Virus record (IMG/VR): IMGVR_UViG_3300032318_000833
Coordinates: 1-50,390 of that record
Direction: 5' to 3' (one strand)
Source: a virus
Lineage: Duplodnaviria; Caudoviricetes
Length of the DNA stretch: 50,390 nt
The notes beneath the pieces were generated by a model. The model did no database searches. It saw only the letters and a program-made list of their open reading frames with translations, and was not told where the DNA came from. A program made the position numbers and the translations under genes. Shown here one piece after another: positions 9,490-17,008 of the stretch (position 1 is its first letter; the number at the start of each line of letters is the position of its first letter).

Positions 9490-10100
9490 ATAAGTGAATA
9501 GGGGTGGGGTTGAGGTTAGGTAAGGCCGAAACCGCGAAGCCATAGGTGCTAATGCAACTCAATGAAGATGCGAAGGACGTTGGGGCCGGGAGTGGTTCGC
9601 AGTGGTCAAGACACTAGCAGGTCGGCAAGTACCGGGACTCCTCATAAGACTCCTCCCCGTTGATGTTTGAGAATTGAATAGAGATGGATGACCTGCCAAG
9701 GAGTAGGCCACGCGACGCATGATGCAAGAAGATGCGCGGCAATTGGTGTAAAGCGGTGATGCTTGGGATTGCCAATTGTTACGGGAGCGGAAACAAGAGG
9801 AGTACGCAGGGCGTGGTGAAACTGCCTAGATTGAAGCAACGCACGGTGCAAAGCACCTAAGCCATTAGTAACGTAGCGAATTGTTAGTGGCAGCCGTCTA
9901 GTAGTAGCCAAGTAGCGCTTAAAGCGCGGGAGTCTGGTGGGGCTAGATGGTGGAAGCGCAATGTGGATGTCGATGGGCTGTAGTCCCCAAAGTAAAAAGT
10001 ACCGGGGAGGCAAGGTTCCATATCAGCGATGTGCTGGGTATCGAGCATGAATGAGAGAGACGTTCCTTTAGTCATGCTTGGTGCGGAGGGCATCGCCTCC
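9490..10100 (+). ncRNA. large structured ncRNA (ROOL/GOLLD-like ornate phage RNA; family unconfirmed)
   Basis: About 600 nt with no credible ORF. Stems with G-U pairs: 9501-9510/9649-9658, 9617-9623/9690-9696, 9738-9746/9772-9780, 9845-9857, 9861-9891, 9893-9902/9942-9951, 9955-9967/10017-10035, 10038-10050/10072-10084, 10085-10100. Confidence 0.75.
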
Positions 10101-10120
10101 AATAACGAAAGGGCAACGTA

Positions 10121-10441
10121 ATGGCAAGCAACAAGAAGATGTGCGACATGTTTGTTGTCGGTTGGAACATGCCCGGCTACTTGCCGGAGTCAGAGCCAGA
10201 GCGATTCCTTACTTGGATTGACGCCAAGATGCACCTAGCGATAACGCTTGATGATTGGTGCGAGGACGATTTGCAGTCAGTCGGTTGGGCACCAGCAACC
10301 GAGCAAGACGTTATCGCTTCGCAAATAGTCGATCGTTACGCCGAAGTGATCGACGCTGTCATTGCTAGCGATGGTCCGTCCTTCGCTATGGAGATTGCCG
10401 AGCAAAACGTTGTTGTTTGGATTGCACAGGAGGTTAAGTGA
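10121..10441 (+). CDS. hypothetical early protein
   Basis: ORF with start motif GAAAGGGCAAC; VGWNMPGYLPESEP segment. Confidence 0.7.
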   Translation: MASNKKMCDMFVVGWNMPGYLPESEPERFLTWIDAKMHLAITLDDWCEDDLQSVGWAPATEQDVIASQIVDRYAEVIDAVIASDGPSFAMEIAEQNVVVWIAQEVK

Positions 10442-10674
10442 TGTATTGGCGCAAAGAGCGTGACGATTACGGACGCACGGTGCATGCTTTAAAAGCAGAC
10501 ACGGGACGCACGCTAGGGGTTGTCGTCAAGCACCCGCTATTGAAGAAGGGCGACCCGAACGCCTATTGGTACAACAGATGGGATGTGCCATTTGACACTC
10601 CCGTCGAAATCAAGATCAAGCACTTCACCAACCTCAAAGACGCTAAGACCGCTTTGGAAGGGGCAACAAAATGA
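10438..10674 (+). CDS. hypothetical early protein
   Basis: RBS AGGAGG; 4-nt overlaps with both neighbours. Confidence 0.65.
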   Translation: MMYWRKERDDYGRTVHALKADTGRTLGVVVKHPLLKKGDPNAYWYNRWDVPFDTPVEIKIKHFTNLKDAKTALEGATK

Positions 10675-11099
10675 AGGATGTAACAGAACGCACAGCGAAG
10701 TTCGAGTTCCGCGGCATTGAGTGCATTGCAAAAGTCACCTACACCGATTACCGCAAGAGCGATTGGGACCCACGGCAAATGAAATTCTTGCAGTTCCGTA
10801 AGGAGCAAGAGAAGAAGTCGCGTCTTTACTACGGTGAGGATGGAGTAATGGATAAGGCATATGGTGATCACCCGCCTTACTCCGTTAAGGGAGACGACCT
10901 TGCTAACGACAAAGCGTGGCGTAAATACAACAAGATGGAGTCCGATCTTGCGCGAGCAGCGATTGATGCTGTGTTCCCCGAGTTTGGGAAGTCGTTGTTC
11001 TCGCGTAAGGCTGGTTGCTCTTGCCCTTGCTCGCCCGGATTCATTAGCAAGTCGCTTGTTGGTGGACAGGGTTGGATTCGGGTGACGCTTGTTGAGTAG
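10671..11099 (+). CDS. hypothetical early protein (FSRKAGCSCPCSPGF motif)
   Basis: RBS GAAGGGGCAAC; Cys motif; stop codon abuts hammerhead 1. Confidence 0.7.
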   Translation: MKDVTERTAKFEFRGIECIAKVTYTDYRKSDWDPRQMKFLQFRKEQEKKSRLYYGEDGVMDKAYGDHPPYSVKGDDLANDKAWRKYNKMESDLARAAIDAVFPEFGKSLFSRKAGCSCPCSPGFISKSLVGGQGWIRVTLVE

Positions 11100-11160
11100 T
11101 CGAAACCGCCGTGAGGCGGTCGCGTGGAATTAGCCACCCACGCCTGATGAGACAGGCTTA
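11099..11160 (+). ncRNA. hammerhead ribozyme type II, copy 1
   Basis: GTC-GAAA-CCGCC(GTGA)GGCGG-TC^-GCGTGG(loop)CCACGC-CTGATGA-GAC. Loop AGCC pairs with 3' tail GGCT; predicted cut after 11121. Confidence 0.92.
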
Positions 11161-11176
11161 ACGAAAGGGCAACGTT

Positions 11177-11569
11177 ATGCAGTCAAAAGTGTATGACCTT
11201 GGCACCATCCGGCTTGACGATGTGGCGCTGATCATTTCAGATGAAGTGCGTTACTACGAGCGAGCAATGTCCTACACGCATTACATCATCGACGACGAGT
11301 GCGTGCGATTGATCAATTACAATCGCCGTCGCATGACACGGCATCGTCTTATCGCTGCCCGTAAAGTTCAAGAAGCGTTGAATGATCCCGAGTCGCAGTA
11401 CTACGACATGACGACGTTTGACGCAACGCGGCGTTTGGCAGAAGCAGCCGAGTGGTACGGGCGTTGCATCGAATTGGTAACGCACTTTGTCCATTTGGAT
11501 AGGGAAGCGACAATTGCAAACATCAAGTTGGAGAACGCTCGCCGTGAGGCAAGGGGTTACGAAGACTAG
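11177..11569 (+). CDS. hypothetical early protein flanked by two hammerheads
   Basis: Start motif GAAAGGGCAAC; 130-aa ORF. Confidence 0.7.
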   Translation: MQSKVYDLGTIRLDDVALIISDEVRYYERAMSYTHYIIDDECVRLINYNRRRMTRHRLIAARKVQEALNDPESQYYDMTTFDATRRLAEAAEWYGRCIELVTHFVHLDREATIANIKLENARREARGYED

Positions 11570-11575
11570 CCGTTA

Positions 11576-11634
11576 GTCGAAACGCCGTGAGGCGTCGCGT
11601 AGACCTGACCACCTACGCCTGATGAGACAGGTCA
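11576..11634 (+). ncRNA. hammerhead ribozyme type II, copy 2
   Basis: GTC-GAAA-CGCC(GTGA)GGCG-TC^-GCGTAG(loop)CTACGC-CTGATGA-GAC. Loop TGACC pairs with tail GGTCA; cut after 11596. Confidence 0.92.
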
Positions 11635-11653
11635 TAACAGAAAGGGCAACGTC

Positions 11654-11977
11654 ATGGCTAGAACTAAGAAGGTAACGCAGCGTCAGGCTGATCGCGTGCT
11701 TCGTGCTGTCGCTGATTGGATGTACCAGCAGAACGGTTACACGCAGCCAATCCCTACTGGTGAGGATGCCGCATACAAGGGGCTTGGTCCGATGCTCAAC
11801 ATGACTTGGGATTGGCCTTCGTCTAGCCCAACGCCCACCGTCTTGCTTGAGGGTGGGCCGGAGGAGTGGGCGGTTCGTTGCTGCCAGTACGTTCAAGAGT
11901 TGATGGACGCTCGCAAGATTCCCGTGTTCGTTGAGCCGTACGCATCGTATGCGCTTTGCATCTACAGGGAGGACTAA
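11654..11977 (+). CDS. hypothetical early protein
   Basis: Start motif GAAAGGGCAAC; 107-aa ORF. Confidence 0.7.
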   Translation: MARTKKVTQRQADRVLRAVADWMYQQNGYTQPIPTGEDAAYKGLGPMLNMTWDWPSSSPTPTVLLEGGPEEWAVRCCQYVQELMDARKIPVFVEPYASYALCIYRED

Positions 11978-11980
11978 GCA

Positions 11981-12196
11981 ATGGCAAAAGCATGGGACGT
12001 TGTCGCATACACCGCGGACGGAGATATCTATTGCCCACGTTGCGCCGTTGTGCGTTACAGCACTTGGATTGAGAAGACCGACGTTCCAGACCATGAGGGC
12101 AACAACATCATGGCGGTTTTTGCTTCCGATCCACATAAAGGTGAAACATGCGGGGGTTGTCTTGCCCCGATCTACATTAGCGAAAGGGTTAGGTGA
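11981..12196 (+). CDS. small Zn-binding hypothetical protein
   Basis: CPRC and CGGC pairs; RBS GGAGG. Confidence 0.65.
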   Translation: MAKAWDVVAYTADGDIYCPRCAVVRYSTWIEKTDVPDHEGNNIMAVFASDPHKGETCGGCLAPIYISERVR

Positions 12197-12459
12197 TCGT
12201 GATGGACCGTGTAATGACACCGCGCGTTGCAGGATTGATCGACGCAGCGAAAGACCTTGTTGTGCAGGCTATGTATGAGGGGTCGCACATTCAACGACAA
12301 GAACCTGCGCCAGTTGAGGGTACTCCTTGGGATCGTCCCGACTTGCCTAATGGTGCGTTGGTGATGTTGGTGAACATCCAACACGACCTAGAGGTTTTGC
12401 TTGCCACTCATTTTGCAGGCCAAACCCCGGAGCGTCCCGGTACTTGGGTCGCAACGTGA
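12193..12459 (+). CDS. hypothetical protein
   Basis: Overlapping start/stop with neighbours. Confidence 0.55.
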   Translation: MIVMDRVMTPRVAGLIDAAKDLVVQAMYEGSHIQRQEPAPVEGTPWDRPDLPNGALVMLVNIQHDLEVLLATHFAGQTPERPGTWVAT

Positions 12460-12614
12460 ACATCAACATTCGTTGGGTGCAATCGAAGCCTGAGGATTGG
12501 GTTGATTACCCAAGCGATTGCGCGAACTGCAATCGTCCAATGAACTGCCTTTACAAGCAAGAGAGTGGGGCTTACTTCTGCTCCACTTGCCATTACAAGA
12601 AGGAGGGGAAATGA
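12456..12614 (+). CDS. small Zn-finger-like protein (52 aa)
   Basis: Hand-translated MNINIRWVQSKPEDWVDYPSDCANCNRPMNCLYKQESGAYFCSTCHYKKEGK; GTGA and ATGA overlaps at the two ends. Confidence 0.6.
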   Translation: MNINIRWVQSKPEDWVDYPSDCANCNRPMNCLYKQESGAYFCSTCHYKKEGK

Positions 12615-12817
12615 ACATCAAGGAGATTGGCGTGGGTTTCTTTACACGCCCAACTATTGATTCATTGCGTGAGTTGCTTGATCGGCTTGAGCGTGAGGGT
12701 TGGAGCGCCGACCAACAAATCCAAGTGATCCAGTTGGGGAACAAGCCGGAAGCGTTTGTCATCCAGGCTGTTGAGGAGTGGCTTGGTTCAAGTGAGCCAC
12801 CCATTCGTCGCTACTAG
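12611..12817 (+). CDS. hypothetical protein
   Basis: RBS AAGGAGG, ATG 12611; stop abuts hammerhead 3. Confidence 0.6.
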   Translation: MNIKEIGVGFFTRPTIDSLRELLDRLEREGWSADQQIQVIQLGNKPEAFVIQAVEEWLGSSEPPIRRY

Positions 12818-12880
12818 TTCGAAACCTCGCTTCGGCGGGGTTGCATGGAATTGACCAACCATGCCTGACGAGATAGGTCA
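12817..12880 (+). ncRNA. hammerhead ribozyme type II, copy 3
   Basis: GAAA-CCTCGC(TTCG)GCGGGG-TT^-GCATGG(loop)CCATGC-CTGACGA-GAT. Loop TGACC pairs with tail GGTCA; GUU cleavage triplet, cut after 12842; stem II is weak. Confidence 0.82.
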
Positions 12881-12895
12881 TAGCGAAAGGGCAAT

Positions 12896-13186
12896 GTGAT
12901 GCTAGAAGAAAACAAGAAAGAACTGTACGCGTTAGTTCTTGCTCACATGGAACGTTACGGGCAAGACTTGACAGAGCATCGTATTTGGGATGCGCACGAT
13001 GGTCGCCCAGATGGAACGCTAGTCACCAACGACAACCTTCACCTTTTCCGTCAATTCCGTAACACCATCAGCAGTTCGCCTCGCGTCATGGTGCATGCCG
13101 CATTGGAATCAAGAAATCAATTCGATGCCGTGTTCCCCGATCCCAACATTACGCCATATGACATCCCGAAGAAGGTGGAGCGATGA
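12896..13186 (+). CDS. hypothetical protein
   Basis: Start motif GAAAGGGCAA. Confidence 0.6.
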   Translation: MMLEENKKELYALVLAHMERYGQDLTEHRIWDAHDGRPDGTLVTNDNLHLFRQFRNTISSSPRVMVHAALESRNQFDAVFPDPNITPYDIPKKVER

Positions 13187-13434
13187 ACGACGAGATTGTT
13201 AAGTACGACTTGACATTAGGTCGGCCTGTCAATGGCATTGAGATGATTGAGGTGCGACGTATCGCGCGACCATACATTGTTGACAAGGCAGGGCGTCGGC
13301 AATGGATGAAAGAACATTCGCAAGAGGACCGCGAGGTTCTAATGACAATCCCGTTCACCGACGTTCCTGCTTTGCTACAAGCAGTAGCGGAATGGGCGGC
13401 ATGGCATATGTCGCCTACTCCATTGAAGGATTGA
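13183..13434 (+). CDS. hypothetical protein
   Basis: ATGA overlap; RBS GGTGGAG. Confidence 0.6.
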   Translation: MNDEIVKYDLTLGRPVNGIEMIEVRRIARPYIVDKAGRRQWMKEHSQEDREVLMTIPFTDVPALLQAVAEWAAWHMSPTPLKD

Positions 13435-13436
13435 TG

Positions 13437-13649
13437 ATGATGATTGAGTTTCATTACGAAAATGATTATGGCGTCTCCGTTGTGTTCAAGTGGAATCGCA
13501 GCCAGACCATCAACCTCTACGTCAATGGTGTGGAGAGCGAGTCGTTCACGTTGCTCCATGCCGATGTGATGAAGGTGATGGAGTGGTGCGATGACATGGC
13601 AGACGATGTGATGACGCGGTTGGTCGATGAGTTGGGCGACCAAGCCTAG
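13437..13649 (+). CDS. hypothetical protein
   Basis: RBS GAAGGA; start among tandem ATGs at 13434-13440. Confidence 0.55.
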   Translation: MMIEFHYENDYGVSVVFKWNRSQTINLYVNGVESESFTLLHADVMKVMEWCDDMADDVMTRLVDELGDQA

Positions 13650-13702
13650 GAGGGGTCGTCCCCCATGGCGGTATGAGGTCATGGGGGATTCCCCCCTTGG
13701 GG

Positions 13703-13807
13703 CGATCTGGGCGATTCTGGGGGGTCAACATGGGGGGATGGGTACCATTATGGCCCCTATGGGGGTCTGCTCCCCCAACAACCCCCAGATTGCCCCTGAG
13801 GGGGAGG
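13703..13807. repeat. dispersed ~105-bp G-run element, copy A (intergenic)
   Basis: Shares CGATCTGGGCGATTCTGGGGG...ATGGGGG...GGGTACC...CTATGGGGG...CCCCCA...CAGAT[T/A]GCCCCTG with 19774-19877. Confidence 0.75.
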
Positions 13808-13950
13808 CCCATAGCCCGAATCATTTGGGGATGGGGTCCCGGCCCTATGGCCTTTGGTCGCTCAATTGCCGTGGCTATTGGCGTGGAATTGCTATTGGAC
13901 AACACACCAAATGCCATTGAGCGTACAGTCGTTGGCTGCTACTTTCTTGC

Positions 13951-14020
13951 TATCGAAACCTTGCCCATGCAATTGGGCGGGTCCATCGGGGATCGCCTCC
14001 CGATGCTGAGGAGATAGGCG
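13951..14020 (+). ncRNA. hammerhead ribozyme type II, copy 4
   Basis: TATC-GAAA-CCTTGCCCA(TGCAAT)TGGGCGGG-TC^-CATCGGG(loop)CCCGATG-CTGAGGA-GATA. Loop CGCC pairs with tail GGCG; cut after 13983. Confidence 0.88.
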
Positions 14021-14038
14021 GCAGAAGAAAGGGGCAAC

Positions 14039-14365
14039 ATGCCTTGGTTGAACAAGCGATTCGTAGATGACATCGCCGGAGAGGTCGATGCTCTACGATC
14101 CAGCGTTGATCCAGTAACAAAGCAGTTTGTTGAGGGGTATGACCGTGCAGTCGGCAACCCCGACTACTTCCGCTTTAGGGGTAGGGGTGAGCAGATTGAT
14201 CTCCCTATCGGTGAGGACGCCTACCCCTTGATGGAAAGTATCGCGCTTAACCGCGTGTCCTATTGGGATGACGCACTTGCTAGCGCACCCGACCCGATGC
14301 GCAAGGACATTTGCCGTCGGGGCATTAGGCGATCCAAGAAGGTAGCCGCACGATTCAAGAAGTGA
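14039..14365 (+). CDS. hypothetical protein
   Basis: Start motif GAAAGGGGCAAC. Confidence 0.65.
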   Translation: MPWLNKRFVDDIAGEVDALRSSVDPVTKQFVEGYDRAVGNPDYFRFRGRGEQIDLPIGEDAYPLMESIALNRVSYWDDALASAPDPMRKDICRRGIRRSKKVAARFKK

Positions 14366-14370
14366 CGTTG

Positions 14371-14408
14371 GGTGTAGGCCTTACCTCAATTGGGGTAGGG
14401 CTTACACC
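14371..14408 (+). other. 17-bp intergenic hairpin
   Basis: GGTGTAGGCCTTACCTC-AATT-GGGGTAGGGCTTACACC with three G-U pairs and no U-tail; lies just before the GAAAGGGCAA start motif. Confidence 0.65.
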
Positions 14409-14429
14409 GTCAATCGAAAGGGCAAGCAA

Positions 14430-14645
14430 ATGTCAATGGATATGGGGCACTACTACGACAACGAGACAGACCGCTGCATCGACTGTGATTGCAGGCCGTG
14501 GGGTCGTTGGGCAAAACTCCCGTGCGGGATTGACCCTAAGACGGTTGATATCTCGCAAGGCAACGTGCAGGCGCATAGCGATGAGTTCTTCAAGGGGTTC
14601 ATTGAGTACGCAATGATCAAGGCTGCGCTTGAGGGTGACAAGTGA
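14430..14645 (+). CDS. small Cys-containing hypothetical protein
   Basis: Start motif GAAAGGGCAA; CIDCDC...PCG. Confidence 0.6.
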   Translation: MSMDMGHYYDNETDRCIDCDCRPWGRWAKLPCGIDPKTVDISQGNVQAHSDEFFKGFIEYAMIKAALEGDK

Positions 14646-14688
14646 GGGCACGTTACGGTGACGCAATCGTTGATATCAAGGAGGAATC

Positions 14689-14793
14689 GTGAGACTCACA
14701 AAACGCGGAGAGATCGTTCTAGCCACCGTCGCAACAATCGTCCTACTCGCAATGATGGGAATTGCCGGATGGGTGGAAGGAGGAATGCAGTGA
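14689..14793 (+). CDS. small membrane peptide (34 aa)
   Basis: RBS AAGGAGG; MRLTKRGEIVLATVATIVLLAMMGIAGWVEGGMQ. Confidence 0.6.
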   Translation: MRLTKRGEIVLATVATIVLLAMMGIAGWVEGGMQ

Positions 14794-14849
14794 TTGATCC
14801 AGAAGACGATGACGACGATTACGGTGACGGCGTTGTTTACGTTTGACTA

Positions 14850-14905
14850 GGTCGAAACCCCGTGAGGGGTCCGGTACTGAATGGTGCCGCTGACGAGACC
14901 GTCAG
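14850..14905 (+). ncRNA. hammerhead ribozyme type II, copy 5
   Basis: GGTC-GAAA-CCCC(GTGA)GGGG-TC^-CGGTAC(TGAATG)GTGCCG-CTGACGA-GACC. CTGA can pair with tail TCAG; cut after 14871. Confidence 0.9.
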
Positions 14906-14923
14906 ATAACGAAAGGGTATGCA

Positions 14924-15925
14924 ATGCCAGCAGCAGTAGAAACATTCAAGGACGGGAGCGCAGCGTTCTTTTCCAACCGCGTTGCTCCGTGGCACGCACT
15001 CGGCACCATTACTGACGGGGCGCAGACCGCAGAGGATGCGTTGCGTCTAGCGCAGTTGGATTGGGAGGTCATTAAGAGCGACGATCCCGTACAGGTCCCC
15101 GTTCTTACGCCAAGCGGCGTGCAAAGCGTTACGGTGCCAGATAAGTTCATGACATATCGCAATCACCCGAAGTTGGGATTGCAGGGTCTTGGTGTTGTGG
15201 GTTCTCAATACACCGTGATCCAGAACAAGGAAGCGTTCGACTTCCTTAACGGGTTGGTTGATGAGGGTGGGGCTGTGTTTGAGACAGCCGGGTCAATCTT
15301 TGACGGGCGACAGGTCTTTATGTCCATGAAGTTGCCGAACACGATTGAGTTGGCTGGTGGTCAAGACACGCTAGACCTTTACCTCATTGCGACTACATCC
15401 CACGATGGGACCAAGGCGTTCACCGTCTACTTGTCCTACGTTCGCCCGGTGTGCGCTAACACCGTGCAATGGGGGTTGTCGTCGGCGGTAGACCGTTGGT
15501 ATCTCAAGCACACGACGGGCGTTACGGGCAAGGTTCATGTTGCTAGGGAAACGCTTGGTCTTGTGTTTAAGCACCAAGCCGATTTTGAGCGGGAAGTGCA
15601 GCGGCTTGTGTCCACGCCGATGACGAACAATGAGTTCGCCAAGTTCGTTGAGGTCATTGTGCCTTCGCCCAAGAGCCCGACGTTGCGGCAGGGAACGCGT
15701 ATTGACACCGTGCGGGGAGAGTTGATGGGGCTTTGGAACGCTCCCACACAAGAGCCTGTCAAGAACACACGTTACGCAGCGTTCAATGCGGTAACGGAGT
15801 GGGTTGATTGGGTCAAGCCTGTCAAGGCTAAGAAGAAGGAAGCAGACGTTGTGCGTGCGCAACGCGTTTTCATTCCTCGTAGTGATGCGCTTAAGAAGCG
15901 CGCCCTCATGCTGCTCGCTAAGTAG
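14924..15925 (+). CDS. DUF932/DUF945-family phage/plasmid protein (TIGR03299-like)
   Basis: PWHALG, ALRLAQLDWEV, LGVVGSQYTVIQNKEAF, FETAGS, SHDG, RPVCANT, KHT, AFNAVTEWVD motifs. Confidence 0.85.
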   Translation: MPAAVETFKDGSAAFFSNRVAPWHALGTITDGAQTAEDALRLAQLDWEVIKSDDPVQVPVLTPSGVQSVTVPDKFMTYRNHPKLGLQGLGVVGSQYTVIQNKEAFDFLNGLVDEGGAVFETAGSIFDGRQVFMSMKLPNTIELAGGQDTLDLYLIATTSHDGTKAFTVYLSYVRPVCANTVQWGLSSAVDRWYLKHTTGVTGKVHVARETLGLVFKHQADFEREVQRLVSTPMTNNEFAKFVEVIVPSPKSPTLRQGTRIDTVRGELMGLWNAPTQEPVKNTRYAAFNAVTEWVDWVKPVKAKKKEADVVRAQRVFIPRSDALKKRALMLLAK

Positions 15926-16006
15926 CGGGTGATCGAAGTGGGGCAGGGATAGTTGCCCGTCCCTGCCCTGCCTCGGCTAACCGCTAGCCGGGAAGGGGTA
16001 ATTGCA

Positions 16007-16414
16007 ATGGAGTTCACGTTTTCATCGCCTAACGAGATTTACCCCGTAGGCGACAAGCGCTACAAGATAGTGCGGGAGACCAACCCTTGGCAAGACAGCG
16101 ATCCGAAGGTTTGGTACACCGTTCGCATCAACATGTACGGCCCGTTCAATTACAGTTACATTCGCTCATTCCCTCGCGCTATTGAAGCGCTTGTGTGGGT
16201 TGAGAGCGACGCTAACGACACCAAGGTATTCATCCCCAACAAGGATGGGTTGTTTGAGTGTCGTTGGTGTGGGCTTGGCAAGGATTACCTAGAGTCGGCT
16301 CCCCCGTGGTGGTTCGGCTGCAACTTGTGTGAAACAGAGTTGGACAAGTTCCGGGTTGTCGATCCTTACTTGCCAAAGGTGACATATGGCGGCATTGATC
16401 CGTGGCTAACGTGA
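16007..16414 (+). CDS. hypothetical protein with CxxC pairs
   Basis: ATG 16007 with RBS GAAGGGG; CRWC and CNLC. Confidence 0.6.
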   Translation: MEFTFSSPNEIYPVGDKRYKIVRETNPWQDSDPKVWYTVRINMYGPFNYSYIRSFPRAIEALVWVESDANDTKVFIPNKDGLFECRWCGLGKDYLESAPPWWFGCNLCETELDKFRVVDPYLPKVTYGGIDPWLT

Positions 16415-16581
16415 CGCCAATCCTTAAGCAATACCAATGGCGTTGCGTCATATGCGGTCACAAGAGCAAGTCGTATCACCCGATATCCGCGTTCCAAGAT
16501 CACTACGAAACACACCATTACGACAATCCAAAGATTCGACAGGCTAACCCTGTAGAATTAGATTTCGGGGAGGAGAAGTAA
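16411..16581 (+). CDS. small C2H2-like zinc-finger protein (56 aa)
   Basis: Hand-translated MTPILKQYQWRCVICGHKSKSYHPISAFQDHYETHH...; overlaps neighbours at both ends. Confidence 0.55.
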   Translation: MTPILKQYQWRCVICGHKSKSYHPISAFQDHYETHHYDNPKIRQANPVELDFGEEK

Positions 16582-16817
16582 TGTCCGATGACACCAAGCA
16601 AACATGGCACTTGTGGCGTGGGGCCACACCGTACACGCTCCTAGTTTTTCCACCTACTCGTTCTAGCAGGTGGGTAGTAGACATTCATAAGGGGCATGTA
16701 GACGTAGCCGATACTGCAACGTGGCTCAATACCGTGTTGCTAGATCGCGGCACGCACATTGTGGGCGATTGCTATGACGTTGCAGAGCAAGCATTAGGAG
16801 AGAGGAAGGAGGAGTAA
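16581..16817 (+). CDS. hypothetical protein
   Basis: RBS GGAGGAG. Confidence 0.6.
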   Translation: MSDDTKQTWHLWRGATPYTLLVFPPTRSSRWVVDIHKGHVDVADTATWLNTVLLDRGTHIVGDCYDVAEQALGERKEE

Positions 16818-17008
16818 TGGTCGAGTATCTAACAGTCGGGGATGTGGCAGAGCGGCTTGGGGTTTCGCGTAGCACCATCACCGCGTACAAGGCAAGGAAG
16901 CAAATGCCTAAGCCTGATAAGCAGTACGGCAGGACCCCGCTATGGCGGGAATCAACAATCGAAAATTGGCGTAACACCAAGAAGGGGCAGTCAAATGAAA
17001 CTCACTAA
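16817..17008 (+). CDS. AlpA/excisionase-like HTH DNA-binding protein
   Basis: YLTVGDVAERLGVSRSTITAY...MPKPD..GRTPLWRESTIENW. Confidence 0.85.
   Translation: MVEYLTVGDVAERLGVSRSTITAYKARKQMPKPDKQYGRTPLWRESTIENWRNTKKGQSNETH

Noticed and set aside
9642-10102. Minus-strand ORFs of 123 and 72 aa over the ncRNA
   Set aside because: No RBS or recognisable protein features; antisense to the promoter; dense RNA structure explains the region better.
12490-12496. CTGAGGA motif
   Set aside because: Lies inside a small ORF with no flanking stems or GAAA partner.
13546-14017. ORFs across the G-run island
   Set aside because: Gly/Pro-rich translations in several frames reflect low-complexity DNA lacking stops; one overlaps hammerhead 4.
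11099-14905. CRISPR array or integron attC interpretation of the intergenic repeats
   Set aside because: Repeats are divergent and separated by whole genes; no integron integrase or cas operon is present; hammerhead structure explains the conservation.
16817-17008. Excisionase implying an integrating prophage
   Set aside because: No integrase, repressor cassette, att site or host genes were recognised in the window; lifestyle cannot be called.
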